Shown: positions 36,749 through 49,900 of the stretch, piece by piece
Position numbering within the stretch: position 1 is the first letter of the stretch
Layout: each line of letters begins with the position of its first letter
Source: Podarcis bocagei
Lineage: Eukaryota
DNA: 64,000 nt
Direction: 5' to 3' (one strand)
Assembly (NCBI GenBank): GCA_964188305.1
Contig: OZ076893.1
The notes under the pieces: generated by a model
Databases searched by the model: none
The model's input: only the letters and a program-made list of their open reading frames with translations
Told to the model about the DNA's origin: nothing
Program-made: the position numbers and the translations under genes

Positions 36749-38686
36749 TATTTTGAAAATACAAAAATATGAAGTGGCTGCTACATTTTATATTTACAAA
36801 ATATGGGGGGAGGGCAGCTATGGTTGTTTTCTTGTCCCAGTAGCTCTTGGTGCAACCTGAAATCTGTTTTGCACCCAACAGAGACTAATCTAAACATTCC
36901 CTGCACTCAAAAGTAGCATTTTAGTTTATCCTAAGAAAACTAACGTACTATGGATGATATCCAGCTAAGACACGGTAGATCCATTAAAATCAATAGACCT
37001 AGTTAATCCACTGATTTCACTGAGTCTAATCTGAGAATGACTAATGTTGGCTATCACCCTTTCCTTACAAGCGTTGTGCAGGATCCCATCATCTTCTAAG
37101 CCAGTGTTTGTCACACAGTGGCCCCTGGGCCACTTTCGGGGGGCCTCATTGCCACAGTCTGCCCTGGCCCCTAGCCGTGCCACAGCCTTTCGGCTGGACC
37201 AACACCTCCATTCCTGCTGAGTAAAGGTAACCAGGAGACAAAGAAATTGGAGAGGGGGAGCAGGGAGGAGAGGAGAAGGTTTCCTTCCTCTGAAGGGAAA
37301 AGGCTAGAGGAGGTGTTGAATGGAATTAGAAAGCAAGATAACTGGGAATAGAAAGGAGGAAAAAGGAAAGAAGCTGGCAAGGGAAGAGGGGAGAGTTAAG
37401 TTGCAAGTTGTCTGTGAAAGGAGAATGGGAGATGAAATTAGAGGAGATGGCTGGGAAGGAAAATATATAAAAGCAAAGCCTTCTCCACCTAGAACCTCTG
37501 GATCAGCAAATTCTACCTAAAATGGGGAGGTTGAGTCATAATACCTCCAGTGTCAGTCCTTAGCCTGAGTAGAGCTGAGTTTTGAAGCATCTTGCCACAA
37601 GGAAAGGGCTTTGGTAAAGAATCTAGCAGTTTCCAAAGATGGATAAGATATCAGTAGAAAATATCAGTCCCTGCCTTCATCTGCCACCACATTGTGACTG
37701 GCTCTGCCTGTACTGCCATTTTGTGACTGGTGGGCCTCAGTAATTTTCAGCCATCTCAAGGGGGTCCTGGGCACAAAAAGTTTGAGAAGCCTTGTTCTAA
37801 ACCATTTCTATGGCCACTTGGAAAAACTGTGCTTAACTACAGAGACTGGGGTGACATCCATCATTAGCCATATTCTGAGGTCATTCATAGATTGCATGTT
37901 TAATGAAACACAATGGGATGGTCAATCCATGATTCTCTTTTTAGTAAGTCTCGTCCTCATCCATTAGCATGGTTGTTGAGAGACAGAGAGAGAGAGCTCT
38001 GTGAGAAACTATTATTTGCAAAGGTTCTGAAGAGCTTAGGAATCTCTTCAATTAGTTTTAAAAACGAGTTCTTTTGAAGCATCAAAGAGAAACCCTCTGG
38101 GCCTATATCCTAAGGCAGGCAGATAGGGAACTACAGCACAGATTAGAATTAAAGCACTGTAGAAAATTAGAAATTCCAAAGGGCCTAATTTTTACATCCT
38201 GAGTAGATATTTTAGAGATAGATTATTTATTTGGTTGGTTAAAGGAAAAAAAGAACTTGAAGAGGATGTAAGCAGATGAGCTAAGATTGCATGGGGCAGA
38301 TGGGAGCGAACCTGGCTTCTGTGCACATAGGAGACTTGCATTCCGTGATAAAAGGAAACTGCCTGGTGGAATGTTGTTGCATGGATTTTTAGACACCACC
38401 TGTCTGCAGGCCCCAGCAGGTCTCCCTGAACTGAACTGTCTGCTGTTAAATAAAGGTCCGAGCATTTGTGGTGGTCAAAGCTCAGGCAACAGACATAAGT
38501 GTCCATAGCGCCAGTGATAAGCCCTTGAGCTCTCTGGGCAGGTTCTGTTTCGGAAACAAGCAGAGACACAAGCTCATTTATTTTTGCCTGTTCTAAGATT
38601 TGCTTTCCTAGCCTCCTGTTGGCCATAAGAGGTGAGACACAAAAATTCAGGTCAATGTGAGCATGAAATAAATCAGAGTCTACCTG

Positions 38687-38731
38687 GGAGGAGGAGGAGG
38701 AGGAGGAGGAGGAGGAGGAGGAGGAGGAGGA
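38687..38731. repeat. (GGA)15 microsatellite
   Basis: Perfect trinucleotide run. Confidence 0.97.
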
Positions 38732-41363
38732 CTTCTTAACCCTTTCATCTGCTCTAAATCGCTTCCCTAGTCTTCTGCTCCACATCTTCTCAGGCTGTTT
38801 CTCCCCTCAGGGAGCCACAGGAGGAGGAGAGGCCACGACTTGCTCCCAATAGGCGAGGAAGGCAGCTTGAGTAAAGGATTAGGCAGCCCCTTTCCCCTTG
38901 GGACCCTGCCTGTGGTCCTCTCAAGATTTTAGCCTCTCACAGGTGCTTTCCCTTCAAATCAAACTGTTGTATGAAAAAAGATCTGCAACTGTAGGAGTAT
39001 AGAAAGCAGTCAGTGTAAAAACCAGAACAAGAAGCTAAGGCGCTGCAAACAAGAAAACAAAAGGAAGTTAAGTTTTCAAGGTGCCCCATAAAAGTTTATT
39101 GTGGTGATTGATTCTCAGCACATTTCTGAAAAAGTCTGCATATTTTTAGGGGCATTTATTTTTGTTGGAACACTGGTGAAACATAATGTTGAGGCCAAAT
39201 GCAGCTTATTAGAAAGCTGGAGTGTATATGTGCATAATATGCATATAAGATACAATAATTGCTAATATTTTTAAGCAGAACTGTGGGGGACGCTGGTTTA
39301 CCATTGAGATTAAGGAGGGAAACAAGAATTTTTTTTGGGGGGGGGGGAACCTGTGCATATTGAAAATCAAGACTCCATCCATACCCAAGGTCCACCAACT
39401 GAAGCCAGGCGCAACAGGGATTTACAGAAAGGAGCTACATAGAATTAAGAAATAGAGCCTCTCTTAGCATGGTCATCTCAGGATTATTATTTTTTTTTTC
39501 GTACCAGAACTGAGCTCACAGTTCTGTCACAGAAAAATCTACTCTGGGTCCTGCCCTCTGCCTAAACATTCTTCCCCTTCGCAGCCAAATTGAGAAAGAA
39601 AACAACAGCTGCTTATTAAACAATTGGGAGTCAGGAACCCTCCCCAGACAATCTACTGCAAATAACCCAGAGGTCTGCCAGTAGATCTTGACATACCTTC
39701 TGCCCACCTCAGAGCTAGAGCAAGGCTAGGCAGAGGGCAAGTGGTGAGTGACTGGCAGAGTTACTGCAGACCCTCTGTTGCCTGGTAGTTGCTGGACTTA
39801 CATGGGTCTTGATCTGGTACAGGAAAGCACTTCTCACGTTCTTAAGCAAGAGGGCAGAGAGGGGTTCAATCGTGCGATTGACACAGACTGATCACTCAAT
39901 ATTTTTTAACAGTTAAAGTATATGTGCTCTCTTTCTTTATACATTTAATCTTCTGTGTGGGGCAACTAACGTTTGACTTAATAAATAAATTAACCAAAGA
40001 CCATACAAAACTAGAGTCTGCCATTCCATGCACTTGGATGTTATTCTGGCACCCGGCTGCTATTTTTCATTTGAGGAGCCTGCTGTGCATAATAATCAAA
40101 GCCCATCTCCTGCCAGAGGGCAGAAAAGCTTTACCAGGGCAGCTCAATTGGACGGTCTTTTCTCATTTGAGTTCCTCAGTCAAATTACAGCACAGAAGTG
40201 GGTTGGTAGGTCACTAAGAAGAGATAAGGCAGCGGAGAAGACAGATTGTCCTTTCCCATTTTAAAAACACAACATGTTTAGGGGTATGTGTACCCCTGCA
40301 TCCCCCCAGAAAAAAACACTATTTTAAACCCATTATTAAAAACCCATTCATAACTGCTAACTCCGGGCCAGAATGTCTCTCCTCTAGCCAAAATCAAAAT
40401 AGTTAAGTCCATTGGCACAATTTTAATACCTCTTCCTGTTCCTCCTTGCTCTATTGTTGCTACACATTCAGTAGTTTCATAGCTTCTTCATATTTTGGGA
40501 AGTCAGATGAAAAGGAAACTCCAGAAATAAGCATGGCACAAAGAAGTCCATAGAAGGGTATACAGGCAAATGTATTCATCATCAACAAAAGCTGAGTTTC
40601 AGGCCACAGATGGCTCATCTTCAGTGAATCTAAAATAAGTAGAAGCGTTTGTATTTTATAAAATACAAATATGTCATTGTTTACTGTAAAAGGAGTGTTT
40701 ATCTCTCATTAAAGCCAACTGTTAAAAAATGGAAAACTTAAGTCTATAGTGCAAAAATTATAGGGACACACCCCTAACCCACACGCCTGCACACACGCAC
40801 CACTGCTGCAGTAACACAGCCGATTACAATGCAAGGCATACAAATGAGAGGTCACAGAAGACACACAACACAGCACCCATGTAGCTCCCTGGCGATGCGG
40901 TTCCCTGCAAAAAGCACACAGCCTTTTTGGGATGAGAGTTTAACACCCACCTTTTTGCCAAGCAGCCCAGGCATGCAACAAGGGCATAGTAAGATTGCTC
41001 CTAAGAGCTCTGAGTGTGCTAGCAAGCCTCTATTTGTTCTTGCCTAGCGTTTTCCCTTCCTCTCCTCTGGGCTTCAGGGAAAAGCAGGGATTTATTTTTG
41101 CCGGACTGCAGGATGCCACTTCTTCAAACCAGAGCTCTCTGCCTTATCACTCCCAAGCCTTGTGTACATGCCAAAGAGCTTGCTGTTCATAAGAATTCTG
41201 GGGGTGGGGAGGTGGGCTGAGTGCATCTTTCCTAGATGATGTGTAGTCGAGACCCTAAATTATATATTTACATCTAGCAACGACTATGCTAAGAATTCGC
41301 CCTTCTGACTTTTCTCCCCCTTCCAATCTCCTTCTCTCAATCCCCCTCCCTGTGGTGGTGTAG

Positions 41364-41620
41364 AAGCCGCTGCCGCCGCCGCTGCAAATCCTGATGGGAA
41401 TTCTACTCTGGGAGGAGGAGCAACAGCAGCAGGCACAATGGGCCTCAGCACCAGGTATGGCCCCCAGTTCACCCTGCAGCACGTCCCTGACTACAGACAG
41501 AACGTGTACATCCCTGGCAGCACAGCCACTCTCTCCAATTCTGCAGCCAAGCGGGATGGGAAACCTGCAGCCTCCGGAGGTGGAAACAAGAAGAAGTCAG
41601 GGAAGAAGGAGAAGAAGTAA
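41364..41620 (+). CDS. PCDHG: Protocadherin gamma constant exon 3, coding part
   Basis: Acceptor gtgtag after a pyrimidine tract; encodes (E)[52 protein letters not shown]...[12 protein letters not shown], the canonical gamma-Pcdh C-terminus. Confidence 0.97.
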
Positions 41621-44275
41621 GATTCGCAGGATGACACATCGCTGCCACCTTAGATCTAAAGGGCAGACTCTTCCAGCATTCCCCCAATTCATAGCCTAGG
41701 ATGGAGGATGAATGTGAATTTGTGGTTAACCATTTTTTAAAAAATAAAAAAGTGTGGAACGTGGCGAATGTACATTGCTGTCATCAGAGCTAGGAGAAAG
41801 TCTCCTACTGTTAGTCCTCCTGATGTAAAAGTATCTGGAAACGAAACAAACAAACAAAAAAGCCCTGTGGATAGTGATGAATTATAGTTTATACTCTCAT
41901 GCGGATGATCTAATATGCAAGGGTGTCAGATCTTTGGAATATTTTTCTCTCCCATTGCTTTGCTCCAGAGGGATCTGCACAACATACAAGGCTTGGGGTG
42001 GGCCCTGTCCATTGTAAATAATTCTTCTAAACAGGGGTTTTGATTTATACATTTTTCCATTTAAAGAACATTCTCACTTCCCCCAAATTTTGATGAATGC
42101 TTTCTGTCCCCACAAAAATATCTCGGTTGGAATCCTTGTTATGAAATTGATGAGGGGATGCTTTAGTTTCTGCTTTTTTATTTTAAAACAGTGTCCATCC
42201 TGCATTACTAGAAGGGAATGAGTTTCAACAGCATTTTTAAAAGTTAACCAATGATGGTTGAAAAAATAAAACTGAAATGGTTATACCTAAGAGGCAAGGC
42301 GCACAAACACATTGCTATGGGAAGCCTCCCAGAGGCAGAGAATGCCTCACATGGTAGGAAGATGGAGAATTTTGCCTGTGTTGATTGATTTACAGTGGCC
42401 TCTGAAGAGACAACACATCTCATCTACACTTTGATCCATAAATATTTATGTGTACAGTAATTGTTTTCTGGAATAAGTTTAAGGAAGTCAAAGTCAATCG
42501 CTTGTGAATATAGTGAGCTGCCGCTCCTCCTTTAAGCACTGAAATAGCTCTGTTAGTTCCACAGGCAGACGCCTTCTGTCAGTGAATGGGCTCTGGTGGC
42601 CTTGTAGGTAGAGAATTAAAACAAAAATGGAATGCTTCATATTTTCTGCACATCAAGCTGCATGCAAAACATTCACTTCACATCTACGGTAGGCCAGCTG
42701 CCGCCTCCCAACCTAGAATAGAGAAATCATTGCATGCCATATACAGCATGATGTAAATATGCTGTGAAGTGCCCACATCCTGGTGGAACCTGAGCATTGT
42801 CTGTCTGTGAGTAGAGTTCAGTAACAAGATGCATTGCCCTGGATCAGAGCAGTAGGAAAGTTTCCACACGCCTAGGCAAGCACAGCTAAGGAAGGCCCTT
42901 GGTTTGCTGGCCTTCTTCACATGCTGATATTAAGCGAACAACAATTGGTCTGAGGACGCATAGGGCCAGGCACAGATCAGGGATGCCGGAGCTGGGCAGG
43001 GATTTCTGATACCAAGCCCCCAAGGCCAAGTTCTGAACGTTAGACAAGTGAGTAACCATTGGTGCACTGAAGGTCCTTGGGACCTCTGCTATCACCCCCA
43101 CTTGGATTTAAAGTGAATAGTCATAAATCCCTTCGCTGTGTTTCGAAATGACTTGTTTTAGGGTTTTTAGCCACATTGTTTCATAGCCTAGTATGGAGAG
43201 GAAGTGAGCGTTTCCTGCTCCCTGTGCATTTTATCGGCCTGTGTTCTTATCTCTTTCCTCGCTCAAGCGCAGCACAGACTAGCAGGGAGCTTCGGCCTGC
43301 TGCTGGCAAACTCAGGTTGCCTTTCTATAGAGGCACTGACCAGCCGAGGGCAGAGAAGCAGCATATTTCCAACATGGAGGGCTAATCACTAGGCCAGAAA
43401 TATATTACTCTTTCTTAAACCTTTGATAAGGAGCTTGTCTGAGATGGTCTGGCCTTCTATGATCACCTCAGGTTAAACATCTGACGACTTTTCAAAACAT
43501 TGCGGACCACTCTCATTGGCTGTGTAGTATTGCACTGCTAGAGCGTATCTGCTGCCTCCTGTGTGTCTAGAAAGCGGGATTTGTCTGTGGGAAGAAACTT
43601 CAGTCGACGTATGGTTTTTGTACTGATCCCAGTCACCCACCCACCCCTTGTGTTTGGTGACTGCACTAGAAACAGTTTACATAGTTAGTTAAAACAGAGC
43701 GCAATCCATTGGGAAGTTCTCCTGCACAAGCTCGGCTGGAATCATCAGAAGCCACACAAGCGCATGGCAATTCTGTCCTACAGCCTCTCTCCATCTTAAC
43801 GGGGCTGATGCAGGTGAGCTTCCCCACAGGATTGGGCCTGGGGCTTATTATGTACTGAAGTAGTTATTATGTGACTCTTCTCAAAGTACTGTAGATTAAT
43901 CTTAGTCATTCTCTTTTTCCTTTTAATCAATAAGCTGAAAGTAGTGTAGTAGTGCTGAAAACCTAGTGATGTGTAGGTTTCTTACTTCTTTTTTAATCTT
44001 AGTAATTGAGTTGTGGACATCAGTATTTTTTTTTATTCCTTTGTATCTTCTTTACGTGTGCTCTTTGTGCTTTTAAATGTATGTGAATTGAAACACACTT
44101 ACTGTCCTTTCAATGTGTCTAATATTGAACTATACTTATATATTATATATATGCTTATATCCTTCTTATATCCATATAGACTGACGTCAATGTGTTACAC
44201 GCAAGTTTTATACTCTAATATTTATATTGCTCTTTTTTCTTTGGGGAAAATAATAAAATCTTTTCTGCTGATGCG
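41621..44275 (+). other. PCDHG: Shared 3' UTR of the Pcdh-gamma mRNAs
   Basis: Free of recognisable transposons from the stop codon to AATAAA at 44252, with an AU-rich distal part. Proximal AATAAA at 41743 and 42265 are possible alternatives. Confidence 0.7.
44252..44257 (+). terminator. Polyadenylation signal (distal)
   Basis: AATAAA preceded by a U-rich element and followed by GU-rich TGCGTTTGTTGTG. Confidence 0.7.
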
Positions 44276-44483
44276 TTTGTTGTGATTGCTTCTGAAGGAC
44301 GAAAAGGAGGGGAGAGCAAGATTATGGGAGTGCTAGACTGGAAACCCCAAAGTATTGAAGGCAATGTGGCAAAGGCAACAAGGCCATACTTCTTTCCAGC
44401 AGCGCCTCTGGTAGACAGGTTTTGCTGGCTTTTGCAGTGTTCCGAATCTTTCAAACATGGAAACCTATTTTCTTTACCAAGAA

Positions 44484-44484
<1 letters not shown>

Positions 44485-44531
<47 letters not shown>
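44485..44531. repeat. (CTG)15 microsatellite
   Basis: Perfect trinucleotide run about 230 bp downstream of the poly(A) signal. Confidence 0.97.
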
Positions 44532-45494
44532 AACAGATGAGAACTTGCCTCTGGGAGGGAGAGAGCAATGGGCACCTGGTTTAACCTATACATTAGCCAT
44601 TGGGAGTGGAACCCATTCTGACTGGACCATCTGCCCTTTTCACCGGCTCTTTTGCATTTGTGCTCTGAATAATAGATAAATAGGGCACACCTGCAGCACT
44701 GCCTCCTCAGCTATCAGTGATCCTGATCTGTTTCCACAGAAAACAAGAAAGCCTGGCTTAAGCCTATGGTAATGGACAATGTAAAGCAGGTGTAAATAAT
44801 GCAGAGAGATGTGTCATATGCCCACTAGGGATGACTGGCATGATGCCACCCCAGTGGTAAGGGCAAGGGGGAAAGAGAATGGCACAAGAACCCAGCCCCT
44901 TGGGAAATAGGGAACTTCCCTAGTCCCTGTGAAGGGATTTGTTGCAGGCTCTACGACCCAGCTTTCTTCATTTCCTGTCTTGGGTGCTTTTCCAATTAGT
45001 GCCACCATATTGATTCTCTTTAGAACCTCCTTGTGGTATTCATGGGGCTACAGAGAACATGAACACCTTGCCCAAGGATGAATTGGGATAGACAATGTGA
45101 CTAAACCAATCTCTCTCCAACAAACAGGGATGGAAGGGATGCATTTCTGTGTGCAAGAAAGATGACAGAAAAGGAAATGAAGCCCCCTCTAAAAATACCA
45201 CGCTGAGCCTTAGGCCTAGCCCTCAATTAGGCAGGAGGTGCTTGGTGTGTACCAATTAAGAGGGCGGGTGAAGATTCACATGATTGACTGCTTCTCTATA
45301 TTGCAAGGAAGGGGGAACTTTCCATTAAAAAAAAATATAATGGCTGGGAGAAGATTCTAGTGTAGCTTCGTCATAAACTGGCCAGTTTTATTTGTTACGG
45401 ACATTGTAGAAGCATTCCTGAATGCCCTTAGCTACATTCTGAGGTGGTACAGTGCAGGCATAAATTTACCTCAGCAGAAATGTTTGCTTGTTTT

Positions 45495-45640
45495 GAACAC
45501 TTATATCCTGCCTTTCCGCCACTGAGTTGAAGGAGGCATACATCCCCATAACAACTCTGTGAGGTACATTAAGTGGGAAGAGTGACTGGCCCAAGGTCCA
45601 CCCAGTGGGGACACGAACCCGGGTCTCTCCAGTCCTGCAA
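45495..45640 (-). mobile_element. Old MIR-like SINE
   Basis: CATCCCCATAACAACTCTGTGAGGTA...TGACTGGCCCAAGGTC...CGAACCCGGGTCTC, the reverse of a tRNA/CORE SINE. Confidence 0.55.
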
Positions 45641-47999
45641 CATTATAGCAGGACTTCCTTTCTTGGACAGCTTTCATTTTTGGTCAGAGTGCTGGGTTGC
45701 TTGGAACTAGCCTGTCAAACTTGGTGGACTGCGTGGGAGGAGAAGGAAGGTGATCCATCTAGGCAAAGCCTGCACTTCTTTCTAAGAAATAAGACTGTCA
45801 ACTTACGTTTCTTTGACTTACCCTGTTCCTGTGCCTCACACATAGACACTAAGCAGCCAAGGTCTTTCCTGACATGGAAATAAGGTCCTGAGAAAAGTGT
45901 CACCTACTAAACTTCCCTATGCCAGCTTCTGTAAAGAGAACTGCAGGAGCAGGGCGCATTGTTCACAAGGGAGGATAGCCCAAAATACTGAGGCAAGGAA
46001 GCCTAAGAGGGTAGGAAGGGGGAGTTTGGTACAGAACAGCCAGAGCTTAAATATAGATAGTATGGCCTACTGGGTCTAAAATTATTTCACTGTAAACTTA
46101 GTCATGACTACTTGCATCCTATGCATATTTAGAGTGTTATGCACGTTTAACTTGGAGTAAGTTCAACTGAATTCAATAGGGCTTAATACTGAACAAACGT
46201 AGGGTTGTGCTGTCAGTCAATTAAGCAAATGATTAAATTTGCATGAGAGTGAAACCAGTATTTCCACAACAAAAACTGCATTAATTGCTTTTAGGTGATG
46301 TGTACCAGGCATTGCCGGCTTTGAGGAAGCATTCCCACTGTTGTTTGAGGGCAATTGTTGTTTGAGGGCAAAGTGATGTGGACTTTGCAAATGAAATGGG
46401 AACACACCCTACACTCTGGTGAGCATAAGCCCCATGTCTATTCCCGCAGTTCCTTTACATGAAAAGCTTCCAAAATGCACAGTACTGAATTTTTCCTCGC
46501 CTTGTCACTGGCTGGAGCCATCCTGGGCAATCTGCAGATGTCAGGAGTGCTACAGGAGGGGGGGGGGCTTGCACCTAAAAGAAGTGGGAGGGGCCTGTGG
46601 GGCTAATTATGGTAAAGACTCAGGTCAGACGTCACACAAAACCACAACTCTGAGATTCTCAATGTACAATGGGCTAATCATGGGGTGGAGAGCATCCAGC
46701 CCACAGACCAAATTTAGGTCTAAACTTCAGATCTTTCTGTTTTGTTTACTTGGCCACTAAATGCTGAGGTCCTAAGGTATAGAAGCAGTTTGTCAATTTA
46801 GTCACCATGCTAGGCCAACCATGATTATTTTATTTATATTTGCAATATTTTAAGCTACACATATATATAACAGTTCGCTAACAGCATCTGTTGTTTTTTT
46901 AAAAAAGAAACATTGGTGTTTTTTTTTAAAAAGTCTAAAACAGCAGCACCTAAACATGGCCATGGGGGGAGGTATTAATGATCCACTGAAAGACAAGCAG
47001 CAACAGGACGAGAAAAGCTTCTCTGGGCTTGGTGCCTCCCTGCCGTCACAGAAGAGGCCCTGTCAGTCACCATGCCAGCCTGTAGTACTTCTGGTGGTAG
47101 CGGAAGTACATGAAGCAGAGGCCTCCATGAATATCTTCAGGGTCAGGCAGTTCCATAATAGTGTCTGCAAACCCATTTCACAGTATGGCTTCTGATTCTG
47201 TTCTACGAACTGATCTTCAATCATTGTGAGTCTGGATATTGCAAAGGCCTCCCTTGGCCTCTGGTCCATAAGCAATGGAATTTTTGCATCTGTGGAAGGT
47301 TTATACATATGAAATTGGCATGCCCAATAACTAAGCCATCTAGCATAGATAGCTTTTTGCTATGGCAAAGCTTCACTAAGATGGCAGCAGTTCTGTCTTT
47401 ATTTTTCAGTACCAACCTCAACCACATAGAAAGAGCTCAGTGGTGGCGAGTAGGAAACCCCCTCCCTTTTGTGTTATTGTTCTATATTTACTTATTTGGT
47501 CCATTTATTATCTACATAACAACGAAAACCAGCACAAATAATTAAAAATACATACAAACGCTTACTGCTAAGTGCTGCCTTTACTCAGTGGAAGCACATC
47601 CAGTTTTGCTGCCTGAGGCAAAATTGGGAAAGTGACCCCCTGTGCATGTGTGCCCACCCCTTGCCACCCCTGCTGAAGCCTTGCTTCCTGGGGTCACGCG
47701 GCAGCGGTGGCAGGTTCCAAGTTCTGGTGACATCTTGCACCACCTTTGCAAGGTCCTGGAAGCCACTGCCATTTGTCCCCACTTCTTTGGCGTCAGTGGC
47801 TGCGTCCCTTGGATTTTTGCTGCCTCACAGACCATGCGGTCTTTACTCCTAGTTTGGTCCTTTGTCAAGCTAGTCTTAAAGAAGCGAGGGAGGGGAACTG
47901 CCTATCAGCACCATCTTAATTCATAAAATGTCAGACATGCACCAGGTGCTAGCTTCCCTGCAGACCTCCAGCCTCCCTCCACCATTTCCTCAAACTATT

Positions 48000-49900
48000 C
48001 CCCCCCCCCTCCAAAAAAAACCCCCAGCTCCTGGGCGGTTGGTTCCCTTCGCTCCTGCCTAGCGCCTTTCAGCAGAAGGCCTTTGCTTAGGACAGTCCCA
48101 AAGGGGGCAGGGAGCATAATGGGGGGGGGGCGAAAGAGAAAAGCCGTCCCTCGCCCCTTCCAAGAATGCCGTTTGCCGACAGCAACAAAGGAAGCAAAAG
48201 GAAAACAGGTAAGATTAAGGGTGGGGGCGGAGTGAAGAGCACAAGAAGCCAGAGGTGCCAACTTGAATAAAATATTGGGGGGAGGCAAGCCCCGCCCCGC
48301 ATAATTCCTCACTCTCCCCCTGTCCGCAGGCTTCCTCGAGGCTCAGCCCCCAGAAGGCTCGCTGGGTGCGGAGCGAGGGCACCCCAGGGTGCCGGGTCGG
48401 GGCAGAGGAAAGCCGCCAGGCATCTCGCGTCGCCATGGAGAGATCTCAAGCCGGAGTCCCTTGCAGCCTCCTCGCGAGGAGAGGTGCGCGCGAGAGAGGG
48501 GCCCCGGCATACAACGCTCCTCTTCCAGGGCGGTCTGCGCCTCGGGCGCCGAAGGAGGTGTCCGGGTGTGCGGAGGAGGGGCGGGCGCGAGAGAAGCCCG
48601 GGCAGCCGGGAGAAGGAAGAGGGGGCGGCAGGAGGGAGGACGCGCACACGCACGCGCACTCTTCTCCCTCTTCTTCTTGCAAGCCCCTGTTGCCATAGTG
48701 ACGAGGTCTTCCTCGGGCTCTGGCGCCGCTGCGGGAGTCGGCCGCCTCGAGGGGCGCGCAGGCTGAGCGCTGCCCGCTGGAGCCCCCGAGCAGGAGGCGA
48801 CCCGGAAAGGAGGGGGCGAAACGCCGCTTCCCTCCCCCCCCCCCGAGAATTGACCCAAACAGGCGCCTCTTCGCCATCGCCGCCGTCGGCGCGGCTTTTT
48901 CTCCCCGCCAGCGCACAGCGATGTGATCTTGGCTGTTCTATAATAAATGTGCCATTTCCGAAGGGCGACTTGTCTTATCTGCTCATGAACATGAAATAAT
49001 ATTGGGGTTCGGGCAAGGGAAACGGATGTGAGAGGGCGGTTGTGAGAGCTCACACCTCGGCTCTGGCGGGGCGGGGGGTCATCACATTCATACAGTACAT
49101 ATAACCAGCTACTGCGCCTTGAACAGCCCCTCGACAGGGCAGAAATTCCGCAGAAGCATTTCCTCTTCGTGCCAAGACGGGCTTTTCCTGCCGAATTTCT
49201 CCCCGTTCAGGTACAGGTTCCGTTAGAATGTGGCGCATTTTCCCATCCCACCCAAAAAGGGAATTGCGCAGCCAGATCAAAGGTTTAATCTCTCTCTTTT
49301 TTTTTTAAACAGACCAACACAGACCAGATCCGAAGCGGTAACAGAAGAGCAGCTCTTTGTCCGTGAGAGCGCGGCTGGCTGGCAAGTCGGGGGCTGCAGC
49401 GCCCGGGGAGGGAGGGGGGCAGAGAGAAGGCGCGCACCTCCCTCGGGCAAGCGGGCGGGGATGAGCATCTCTGAATGGATGCTCTGTGCCGGGAAAGGCG
49501 GGGGGGCACCCCTTTGTGTGGGCGGCAGATTAGATCAAGCGCCACGTGCGCTGGGAGCCCCATATTTCCCCGATGGGATCATCCCGCAATCTGGCCCTCG
49601 TGACCATCCGCGGATGCAGCTGCCTGGTGTCTCCATGCAGACAAATTGTGGGCATTTCCGGAGCTAAACGCCCCGCCCCCGCTGAAAAAAGCTTTTGTTC
49701 CAGTTTCGGTCCTCGATTCTGTCTGCCTTCTTAATTGGGGCGAGGGGGGGGCATCCCATTCATCAGAGCTGGCTCATCCCGGCTGACAGTGGCTCCTCCT
49801 TTGCCCCCGAACTGTTAGCCCAGTCGCTGAAGAAGTAGCCTAGAAGCGCGCGATGCGCCTTTCTTCGTCCCCGCTCCCAGTCCACTGTCAATTCGCAGGT
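48000..49900. promoter_or_regulatory. Orphan CpG island downstream of Pcdh-gamma (candidate enhancer or non-coding promoter)
   Basis: Dense CpG/GC content, several GC boxes, X-box GTTGCCATAGTGAC at 48689-48702, E-box CACGTG at 49543. No recognisable protein in any frame. Confidence 0.75.

Noticed and set aside
41444-41464. REST/NRSE-like TCAGCACCA in constant exon 3
   Set aside because: The GGACAG half-site is absent and the sequence is explained by coding (LSTRYGP).
44398-44416. CTCF-like CAGCGCCTCTGGTAG just past the poly(A) site
   Set aside because: One base short in the G-run relative to the core consensus, so the register does not fit.
48309-49667. Overlapping 110-236 aa ORFs in the first CpG island
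   Set aside because: Low-complexity Arg/Gly/Pro/Ala ORFs on both strands, as expected from stop-codon scarcity in GC-rich DNA.
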